This document shows positions 57,182-64,000 of a DNA stretch of 64,000 nt, one piece after another; within the stretch, counting starts at the first letter, position 1, and every line of letters starts with the position of its first letter. The DNA is from Rhodanobacteraceae bacterium (GTDB lineage: Bacteria > Pseudomonadota > Gammaproteobacteria > Xanthomonadales > SZUA-5). The notes under the pieces are model-generated. The model searched no databases, was not told the DNA's origin, and worked only from the letters and a program-made list of their open reading frames with translations. Location: the NCBI GenBank assembly GCA_031425695.1, contig JANPJV010000300.1, forward strand, positions 16,625 through 80,624, given 5' to 3'. A program made the position numbers and the translations under genes.

Positions 57182-59464
57182 TCAGTTGTCGCCGTAGGGG
57201 GTGTAAGCGGGCGTGGGCGGACTCTTGAGGCCGATGCCGCGGAAGCCGCGCAGGCCCACCGTGTTGCGCCACTTCTCGACGCCACGGGTGATGAGCAGGT
57301 CGGAGAACCGCTTCTGCGATCCGATGAACTCGCCTGCGGCGTCGGCCCACTGCTTCCAGTCGGTGAACAGCTCGGCGGTCAGCGACTTGGCGTTGGCCTC
57401 GCGCACGCAGCGCTCGTCGAGCCAGCGGCCCAACGCATCCTCGGCCTCGAAATACTCCTCGGTGGCCTCGAGCACCTGCTGCGGCGGATCGAGCCGACCC
57501 AGGCGCTGCCAGTCGAGGCAGCCCTGCACGGCCCACGCGAGGATGCCGTCGCGTTCAGCCAGCAGCTTCTGCTGAAGGTGTTTGTCGCGGCGCTCGGGCG
57601 GCACGGTGATCGTGAACGGGATCAGGTGCAGGCGCCGCTTCATCGCTTCGTCGATGTTGCGGATGGCGGGCTTGTGGTTGCCGGCCACGACGAGCTTGAA
57701 TTGCGGGAAGAACTCGAAGAAGTCCTGACGCATAAAGCGCGCGGAGATCTTGTCGCCGCCAGTGAGATTCTTGACCTTGGACTCGGCCCAGCGTCGACCT
57801 TGCTCGGTTTCAATGGCTGCCACGAAGCGCGCGCCGCGCAGGCCCGCCATATCGGTCGGATGGCGGTCGGTGCGCGTCTCCATGAAGGTGTCCATCGGCG
57901 CATTCGCCGCGTAGTCGCCGTGGATCGTGGCGAGCGTGTTCACGAACACCGACTTGCCGTTGGCGCCGGTGCCGTAGAGGAAGAACAGCGCGTGCTCCTG
58001 AGTCGATCCGGTCAGCGTGTAGCCGGCCATGCGTTGCAGATACGCCTGCAGATCGGCGTCGCCACCGGTGACCTCGGTGAGGAACTGCCGCCAGGTGGCG
58101 CAGTCGCCCGCCGGGGTCGCCGTGGTGATCTTGGTCATGCGGTCGGCGCGGTCGTGGGGGCGCTTCCTGCCGGTCCGGAGATCGACCACGCCCCCCGGCG
58201 TGTTGAGCAGCCAAGGGTCGGCATCCCATTCGTCGGTTGTGGCGGCGTGCCGGCGATCGGCGCGCGCAAGTCGTTCGACGCCGCCGACGGTGCCGGCGGT
58301 GGCGAGTTTGGCGGCGATCTTTGGGTTGTCGGCGTGGACGGCTGCGTGGCGGCAGACGCTGCGGGTCAGGTCGGTCGCCGCCAATGTGTCCTCGGTGCGC
58401 CAGCGGTGACCGTCCCATACCAGCCAACGCCCCCACGCCGCCACATAGCGCCAATCGCGGTGGTAGCGTCGGGTAAAGGACAGCGCCAGCGCATCCTCAG
58501 TGCCCCAGACCGACTCGTCGCTGCTGACCACAGACTCTGGCTCGTCGTCGACGTTGTGGATCTGCAGACGCGGGCCGCGGGTGAGGAAAGCCGCGACGTC
58601 GAAGCCTTCGGTAAAGGCGTCTGCTGCATCCCAGCCCTCTGCTGCTTCCTCAGGTGGATACAAGAGGTGGCAGCTCTTCGCGCCAGCGGAGAGGATGGCC
58701 TGGGCCGCGTGCGTCGCGTACTCCCAACCCGGCTTGTCGCGGTCAGGCCAGATCAGCACCGCTTTGCCCGCCAGCGGCGACCAGTCCGTTTTCTCGACAG
58801 GCGCATTCGCACCGTGCATTGCCGTGGTGGCGCAAACGCCCCTGTCGATCAGCGCCTGCGCACACTTCTCGCCTTCAACCAGGACCACTTGTGTGGCGCC
58901 GGTCATGCCCGGCTGGTTGTAGAGCGGACGCGGGTCGGGCGGTGTCATCTTGCGACGACGCGCGTCCCAGGGACGGAACTCCTTCTTGCCGCCAAGCGGG
59001 TCGTAGCGGTAGACGACCGCGATCAGCTTGCCGTTTGCATCGAGGTAGTTCCACTTGGCGGTCGCCGGCCCCAACTCATCGACCGGTGCATCCTTGCGCG
59101 ACGTTCTTCGTTGCATCGGAGGAACGCGCCCGGCGAGGTCGGCAGCCGCGTCGAGTACTCGCGGGAAATCTGCCAGCGCGTCGATGCCGCGCGCGGCGGC
59201 GATCAGGTCGAAGATGTCGCCACCGTCGCCGGCGGCGCGATCCGTCCACAGTCCGATCTTTTCGCCGGTGAGCACGACTTCGAGGCTGTCGCCGGGGCTG
59301 CCCAGCACGTCGCCAATGAGGAAAATCCCCTTCCTTTTTCTGCCTGCTGGGAATAGCTCAGACAGAACGCTCTCGATCCGTGCGATCAGAGCCGCGCGGA
59401 CCTCATCGCGTTGCGTGCCGCGCTCATGCGCAGCGGGTGTGGGGCTGTCGTTGAAATCAAGCAT
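57182..59464 (-). CDS. primase / SF3 helicase (Toprim + P4/D5-type C-terminal domain)
   Basis: 760 aa. 'VVLVEGEKCAQAL' and 'IWPDRDKPG' (Toprim). 'LYGTGANGKSVF' (Walker A). Confidence 0.85.
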   Translation of the reverse strand: MLDFNDSPTPAAHERGTQRDEVRAALIARIESVLSELFPAGRKRKGIFLIGDVLGSPGDSLEVVLTGEKIGLWTDRAAGDGGDIFDLIAAARGIDALADFPRVLDAAADLAGRVPPMQRRTSRKDAPVDELGPATAKWNYLDANGKLIAVVYRYDPLGGKKEFRPWDARRRKMTPPDPRPLYNQPGMTGATQVVLVEGEKCAQALIDRGVCATTAMHGANAPVEKTDWSPLAGKAVLIWPDRDKPGWEYATHAAQAILSAGAKSCHLLYPPEEAAEGWDAADAFTEGFDVAAFLTRGPRLQIHNVDDEPESVVSSDESVWGTEDALALSFTRRYHRDWRYVAAWGRWLVWDGHRWRTEDTLAATDLTRSVCRHAAVHADNPKIAAKLATAGTVGGVERLARADRRHAATTDEWDADPWLLNTPGGVVDLRTGRKRPHDRADRMTKITTATPAGDCATWRQFLTEVTGGDADLQAYLQRMAGYTLTGSTQEHALFFLYGTGANGKSVFVNTLATIHGDYAANAPMDTFMETRTDRHPTDMAGLRGARFVAAIETEQGRRWAESKVKNLTGGDKISARFMRQDFFEFFPQFKLVVAGNHKPAIRNIDEAMKRRLHLIPFTITVPPERRDKHLQQKLLAERDGILAWAVQGCLDWQRLGRLDPPQQVLEATEEYFEAEDALGRWLDERCVREANAKSLTAELFTDWKQWADAAGEFIGSQKRFSDLLITRGVEKWRNTVGLRGFRGIGLKSPPTPAYTPYGDN

Positions 59465-59693
59465 CGACGGACTCCTGGGATCGCGAGTCGTCCGGCTGCT
59501 GGGCGTGCATCCACGCCATAAGCTCGTCGAGCTTGAAGCGCACGAGCTTGCCGACCCGGTAGTGCGGAATCCCCCGGCGCTTGCGTTGCTGCTTTTGCAC
59601 GAGCCAATGCAGCGGCAAATTGAGGCTCATGGCGGCGTTGCGTGCATCGACCAGCTTTTCGCCGAGCACGTGACTGACAGATCGCGACATCAT
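59457..59693 (-). CDS. AlpA/excisionase-family HTH DNA-binding protein
   Basis: The track ORF starts at 60035; ATG 59693 is preferred (78 aa). 'LVDARNAAMSLNLPLHWLV...IPHYRVGKLVRFKLDEL'. Confidence 0.6.
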   Translation of the reverse strand: MMSRSVSHVLGEKLVDARNAAMSLNLPLHWLVQKQQRKRRGIPHYRVGKLVRFKLDELMAWMHAQQPDDSRSQESVDA

Positions 59694-60430
59694 GCGTTCG
59701 TCCTCCAGCAACGATCTTGCCAGGGGCACATGCGACACTCGAAGTGGGTGGCGTCGTGGAAGCGGCGGGGTAGCAGTTCGCCGGCATCGGTCGCACCAAT
59801 CACCCTCACCGCGCGGTCGGTCATCTGCTGCGCGAGCGCCGCGTTGAAGGGCACGCGCTCGACGTAGATCTCCATCGAGTCGGCGTTGATCGCAGTGAAG
59901 ATCGCCGGGTGCTCGTGGAGCTCCAGATGCGCCTGATAGAGCGCTACTTGTGCCGCGTACACGGGCTTGGAGACAGCGAGCCCCTTGGACTCGATGTCGC
60001 GCCAGGACTTTGCGCCCAGACACTTGTTCTCCCAAAGCGCCGGATACGAAAGGCTGTCCGGTCCGCCGACGATCACGCCATCGATGTGCCCGCGCAGCCT
60101 GCCGTTCGCATCGGCGAATCCGAACTGCTCACCGTTGGCTTGGTGCGTGCGAAGCTCGAATCCGGCGCCGCGCAGCCACGTCACCATGCAGTCTTCCATC
60201 ACATGGCCGCGCTGGAAGATGCGCAGCATCCGCCCGTCAAAATCACGTCCATAGTCCACCGGCGCTTTGGCGTACTCGAACTGCAGCGCGCGCTCGCACT
60301 CCACGCCCAGACGCGAGGCGCCGAGGTAGTCGCGCGACTTCTCGTTCGCGCGCGCTGCCTGCAGACCGCGGTCGATGCGCGCCGAGACCTGGCCACTGAC
60401 GCTCGCAGTAGCATTGAAGTCGAGTGTCAT
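59690..60430 (-). CDS. PD-(D/E)xK exonuclease, Cas4/RecB-like with Cys cluster
   Basis: The track ORF starts at 60667; ATG 60430 is preferred (246 aa). N-terminal 'GVECERAL' Cys plus C-terminal 'CRMCPWQDRC' (CxxCx5C). 'HIDGVIV...ALWENK' nuclease-core-like. Confidence 0.65.
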   Translation of the reverse strand: MTLDFNATASVSGQVSARIDRGLQAARANEKSRDYLGASRLGVECERALQFEYAKAPVDYGRDFDGRMLRIFQRGHVMEDCMVTWLRGAGFELRTHQANGEQFGFADANGRLRGHIDGVIVGGPDSLSYPALWENKCLGAKSWRDIESKGLAVSKPVYAAQVALYQAHLELHEHPAIFTAINADSMEIYVERVPFNAALAQQMTDRAVRVIGATDAGELLPRRFHDATHFECRMCPWQDRCWRTNA

Positions 60431-60900
60431 CGCGTTCTCTCCCAGAAAGCTTTGTCTTCCAGATCGGAGAAGTCGGTGAGTGGATCGCGGACTTCTGGCA
60501 TTCCATGCACGGGCGGGGACTTCGCCATCTCGTGATGCGCCGCCATCGCGTTGGTGAAGCAGGTGACGATGGCGCCGATCACCTGCAGTGCCTCCTGCTC
60601 GGCGTAGTCGCCGAGCGGCTTGTCGAAACCGATGTCCTCGGCCGCAGCGCCGAAGGCATTCAGGCACTTCTTGAGGCAGGCGCGCTCGATCTCAGTGGCA
60701 TCGATCATGTCGGTCTCCGGAATGGTGATTCCCTGGGAGCGCGCGTTCTTCCAGCGGCCATACAGGGCGTGAAAGGCGTCTTGGCAGCGGCGCGAGCAGA
60801 AGACCCAGTCCCAGGGGTGGTGGCGCGGATCGGTCGGCTTGAAGCGGGTGTCGGCATGGCCGAACCCGCGCGCCTGTCGTTTGCAGACCCAGCATTTCAC
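60427..60900 (-). CDS. hypothetical phage protein with N-terminal zinc-ribbon-like Cys pairs
   Basis: 157 aa. 'CWVCKRQ...FCSRRC'. Confidence 0.5.
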   Translation of the reverse strand: MKCWVCKRQARGFGHADTRFKPTDPRHHPWDWVFCSRRCQDAFHALYGRWKNARSQGITIPETDMIDATEIERACLKKCLNAFGAAAEDIGFDKPLGDYAEQEALQVIGAIVTCFTNAMAAHHEMAKSPPVHGMPEVRDPLTDFSDLEDKAFWERTR

Positions 60901-60909
60901 TGGCCATCC

Positions 60910-61557
60910 TCAGGTCGCCCACGCCGGCTTGCCCGTGGGCGCGCGTGTCGGCGCGGTGGTGGCCGGTGCGGCAGCAGGTCCCGGTGCGGCGGTGGCGCGC
61001 GCCGTGGACGCGTGCGGTGCGCCGTGGGCGCGGGTCGGCACACCCATGAGGCGCGCGTAGTCCGGATGGTCGGGCTCAACTGCCAGTTTCACGACGTTGC
61101 GGTCGGCGCCCTTGGTGTCCTTCTCGACGTCGACGCGGGCGAGGAACTCCAGGCCGTCGAGTTCGTGGAAACCGGCGATGCGGCGCGCGGCGACCGCGGG
61201 TGGCGAGTTGTCCTGCGGAGGGACGTTGCGTGCGCTGTTGAGCGCGGCCCGAATGAAGCTGCGACCCATCTGGCCCCAGGTCGGGCCTTTGGCCGAGTAC
61301 AAGCCGATGTTGCTCCACAGCTTGCGCTTCACGTAATCACCGCCGGTGACGACGAACTCGGCGGAGAGGTACACCGCGCCGGTCTCAAAGGACTGCGTGG
61401 CGTAGCCGCCCGTCCAGCCTTGCGACGAGTCGTCGTAACCACCGGGCTTGATGGTCATGCGGACCGGCACCAGCGTGCCCTTGGGAATCAGGTCAAATCC
61501 GTTTTGGGTGTCGGCGTCGTTGAAATCGGACCAGTTGGAAACATTGGGCGTGTTCAT
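60910..61557 (-). CDS. DUF669-like phage protein (SSB-like partner of Sak4-type ATPases)
   Basis: 215 aa. 'FDLIPKGTLVPVRMTIKPG...VYLSAEFVVTGGDYVKRKLW'. Follows the ATPase gene. Confidence 0.5.
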   Translation of the reverse strand: MNTPNVSNWSDFNDADTQNGFDLIPKGTLVPVRMTIKPGGYDDSSQGWTGGYATQSFETGAVYLSAEFVVTGGDYVKRKLWSNIGLYSAKGPTWGQMGRSFIRAALNSARNVPPQDNSPPAVAARRIAGFHELDGLEFLARVDVEKDTKGADRNVVKLAVEPDHPDYARLMGVPTRAHGAPHASTARATAAPGPAAAPATTAPTRAPTGKPAWAT

Positions 61558-61560
61558 GGG

Positions 61561-62397
61561 TTACTCCTTGGAACCGGTAGGTGAGAGCGAGGTCGTGGCC
61601 GCGGCGGTACCCGCGCACTTGGCAATCAGCGCACCGAGATCGGGCGGTTCGAGCAGATCGAGGCGACCAGAACGATCCTTGGCGGGAAAACCAAAGGGGT
61701 TGAGCGTGTGGGTCACGAAGGCGCGGTAGGAGCTGCCGTCCTCGGCCTTGATCTCGGCAAGAGTCACGACCTCATCGACGATCCCTGGCATCTGCAGCCC
61801 AGTCTTGCTGCCTTCGATCTGCGGCTCGAAAACCCTGCGGTTGAAGTCGTCGAGACGCTCGTCGAGGATCGCGACGAAGACCACGTTCTTGCCGCGGGCG
61901 TGCTGCAGGTGCGTCAGTGCGCCGACCATTTCCTGCCCGAGCAGTCCGTAGGCCGCGCGCAGATCCGGCTTGCCGGAGCGTTCGCTGATGGCGCCTGGCT
62001 GCGACTTGCACCAGGTGAAGCACAAGCGCGACATCTGCGTGATCGAGTCGACGAAGAAGGTCGCGTAGCGGTCGATCTGAGCCGGGTCGCCGAACTGGCC
62101 GACGACGTGCTCGTAGTGCGCGACCGAGAACGCGGCCTCCGGCGGCAACGAGCGGTCCGGCCCGGCGAGGTACACGAACAGATCGCGGCATTCCGGCCAG
62201 GAAGCCGGGCGAATGGTGTCGCCGGGCCAGCTCGCTACCGAGAGATCGCCGGCTTCGATGTCGATGAACAGCGTCGTCGACGGCTCAAGGTCGCGCAGCC
62301 GGGTGGTCTTGCCGATGCCGGATTTGCCGAGCATCAGCAGCTTCACGCCTTTGCGCTCTGCCATCCGCTGCTGCGCAGAGATGATGGGGAGGCTCAT
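61561..62397 (-). CDS. Sak4-like RecA-fold AAA ATPase
   Basis: 278 aa. Walker A 'LGKSGIGKTT'. Walker B 'TFFVDSIT'. Confidence 0.7.
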   Translation of the reverse strand: MSLPIISAQQRMAERKGVKLLMLGKSGIGKTTRLRDLEPSTTLFIDIEAGDLSVASWPGDTIRPASWPECRDLFVYLAGPDRSLPPEAAFSVAHYEHVVGQFGDPAQIDRYATFFVDSITQMSRLCFTWCKSQPGAISERSGKPDLRAAYGLLGQEMVGALTHLQHARGKNVVFVAILDERLDDFNRRVFEPQIEGSKTGLQMPGIVDEVVTLAEIKAEDGSSYRAFVTHTLNPFGFPAKDRSGRLDLLEPPDLGALIAKCAGTAAATTSLSPTGSKE

Positions 62398-63155
62398 GCG
62401 GCCTCCTTCAGCATCTCGGCGACCGCCGGATTCCAGAGGATCTGATAACCGCTATGGCCGTTGCGGGAGTAGGGCATCGCCTCTGCCCAGGCTTCTCCGG
62501 CTTCGGTCAGTTCCCACTCGTCGCGGTCGTTGCGAGTCTGCAGACCGTTGTCGGACAGCAGCCGGTTCGTGGCCTTGGGTGAGCGGTTCAGAAGCTTGCC
62601 GAGCTGGGTGGCGTTCAAGGCGCACATCGGCTCGTTGGCGGCCGGCAGCGCGCGCCGCAGAACCTCGGTGGTGATGCCAGTGTTTTCCTGGATGCAGGTC
62701 AGCATCGCTGCTGCCGCGATGCCCGCCTTGACGCCCGGCACCTTGGCGACCGCTTCGCCGATCAGCAGGATCGCGCTGACCCGGTCGTGGGTCGGTGCCG
62801 GCAAAGCCGCCAACTTGGCGCCGCCGAAATACGCGCCCGACTTGCGGATCGCCGGCAGAACTTCGCTGGTGACCCAGCGCTTGAACCGCTTGGCGGACTC
62901 TTTGGTGCTGCCCAGGATCAGGGCGTAGATGCCGGACTCGTTGACGTGATTGGCGCGCTGGGTTCGACCTAAGTTGTCGATGGCGTCCAGTTTCTGGACG
63001 TCATCCGAATCAACATGCGACTCGATGGCCTGGCGCGGATTACCGAACTCCAGGACGGAACAGATGTCGCCAACGTTGAACCAAGGCGAGCCCGCGTCGT
63101 CGACCTGTACGCGGACCGCGTGCGACTCGAAACTGAAAGGGATGATTGCGCTCAT
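62394..63155 (-). CDS. Bro-N / KilA-C type antirepressor
   Basis: 253 aa. 'FNVGDICSVLEFGNPRQAI', 'ESGIYALILGSTKESAKRFKRWVTSEVLPAIRKSG'. Confidence 0.8.
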   Translation of the reverse strand: MSAIIPFSFESHAVRVQVDDAGSPWFNVGDICSVLEFGNPRQAIESHVDSDDVQKLDAIDNLGRTQRANHVNESGIYALILGSTKESAKRFKRWVTSEVLPAIRKSGAYFGGAKLAALPAPTHDRVSAILLIGEAVAKVPGVKAGIAAAAMLTCIQENTGITTEVLRRALPAANEPMCALNATQLGKLLNRSPKATNRLLSDNGLQTRNDRDEWELTEAGEAWAEAMPYSRNGHSGYQILWNPAVAEMLKEAA

Positions 63156-63157
63156 GA

Positions 63158-63439
63158 TCAGCCCTCCAGGTTCACGTCGATGACGCGGTCGGCGCCGCGC
63201 GCCAGACGCAGGCGGAGCGCGGTGTAGAGGTCTTCCAGCGCCACGCGCTGGCGGGTGATGACGCTGGCCTCGCGGTGGAGCGTCTGAATCGCGAACGCCA
63301 ACTCATCGACGGTCGAGGACTCCAGCGCGACGATTTCGCTGTGGCCAGCGGCGTTGCGGTAGCGGATGTCAGCAGGAAGGAACTCGCTGTACAGCGACGG
63401 CGCGCGCTGGCGCAGCAGTGCAACCGGATTGGTGCTCAT
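63158..63439 (-). CDS. hypothetical phage protein
   Basis: 93-aa ORF, tightly packed. Confidence 0.5.
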   Translation of the reverse strand: MSTNPVALLRQRAPSLYSEFLPADIRYRNAAGHSEIVALESSTVDELAFAIQTLHREASVITRQRVALEDLYTALRLRLARGADRVIDVNLEG

Positions 63440-63442
63440 GGT

Positions 63443-63922
63443 TTAGTCCTCGGAAACGGTGGTCAGGCGGAAGGTCGGCTTGCCCGGCTTCACGGTTCGG
63501 GCGGCGGCGAACTCATCGCGCAGGGTCGGCGGCCAGTTGTTGAACCGCGATTCGCTGACGGCGTAATCGACGTCGATGAAGTCCTCGACCTTTTCGCCGG
63601 CAGCGGCGATCCGCTGGGCGATGGCGGCGAGCTTCGTCTGGTCCCAGGACACGCGCTTGGGCACATCGACGGTCATGCGGATGCCGCCGTCGTCGATGTG
63701 CACCGTCCCGAAGTCCTTGCCGGTGTCGGCGCGCGCCGACTGGATGCGTTCGGCGTAGCTGCGGTCCAGCGCCGCATCGACTTTGGCGCGTTGTTGCTTG
63801 TGCCAGCCCAGGAGTTCATCCAAGTTGCGGACGATCTCGGCGAGGTGCGTTGCCGGCAGCGCAGCCAGGTCGGCGACGCTGAGTGCGGTGAGGCGGTCAG
63901 GGAGAACGGTGAGTTCAGTCAT
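63443..63922 (-). CDS. hypothetical phage early protein
   Basis: The track start is GTG 63931. ATG 63922 is preceded by GAGGTGG and is preferred. Confidence 0.55.
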   Translation of the reverse strand: MTELTVLPDRLTALSVADLAALPATHLAEIVRNLDELLGWHKQQRAKVDAALDRSYAERIQSARADTGKDFGTVHIDDGGIRMTVDVPKRVSWDQTKLAAIAQRIAAAGEKVEDFIDVDYAVSESRFNNWPPTLRDEFAAARTVKPGKPTFRLTTVSED

Positions 63923-63932
63923 GGCCGCCACC

Positions 63933-64000
63933 TCAAGCCGAGGCGTGCTGGTAGGTGGAGTCGTGCAGCACCCGGCGCTCGAAGTCGATTACCGACTCCA
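63933..64000 (-). CDS. 3' end of a further minus-strand phage gene (truncated by window)
   Basis: Open frame '..ESVIDFERRVLHDSTYQHASA*' ending at TGA 63933-63935. Confidence 0.4.
   Translation of the reverse strand, partial: ESVIDFERRVLHDSTYQHASA

Larger units (their letters stand above)
24784..64000. mobile_element. siphovirus-type prophage (partial: left end present, integrase/immunity end outside window)
   Basis: Contiguous lysis, tail, head, packaging, methylase and replication/recombination modules, almost all on the minus strand. The left limit is inferred from the end of the lysis cassette (24870) and an orphaned regulatory repeat at 24784-24818. The exact att site is not determinable. 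Confidence 0.85.

Overview
High-GC bacterial chromosome segment in two parts (hand counts of 60-nt lines give about 65-73% G+C in most genes). LEFT, 1-24.7 kb, plus strand: (i) an AT-richer block of three unassigned ORFs. (ii) A complete type 2 BREX / Pgl operon, pglW-pglX-[SMC-like ATPase + HNH pair]-pglY-pglZ-brxD-brxHI. It is preceded by a tightly coupled methyltransferase-like ORF whose catalytic motif is degenerate. (iii) An orphan Tag/HhH-like glycosylase-like gene. RIGHT, about 24.8-64.0 kb, mostly minus strand: one end and most of a siphovirus-type prophage. In transcription order it carries a recombination/replication module (Bro-N antirepressor, Sak4-like ATPase, DUF669-like, Cas4-like nuclease, primase-helicase, RuvC-like), then two tandem ParB-N::DNA methyltransferase fusions, then a block of six small opposite-strand genes. 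These are followed by terS/terL, lambda-like W-portal-protease-decoration-capsid head genes, tail tube, G/GT chaperone, an opposite-strand moron, the tape measure, a large distal-tail/fibre block and a lysis cassette (two membrane proteins, SAR-type GH24 endolysin, Rz with embedded Rz1). The integrase/immunity end lies beyond nt 64000. I saw no rRNA, tRNA or CRISPR array. Most interesting items: the Septu-like ATPase/HNH pair translationally coupled inside the BREX operon; a roughly 34-nt conserved element (GCTTGGCTTC-N6-GAAC-N5-GTTC-ATG) placed before four consecutive small phage genes, with a fifth, orphaned copy at the prophage edge; the AT-rich unassigned gene pair beside BREX; a terminator plus TGCGAACC repeat array directly in front of the phage methyltransferases; and a DUF4375/DMP19-like moron inside the tail operon. 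All functional calls rest on motif recognition by eye; no database search was possible.
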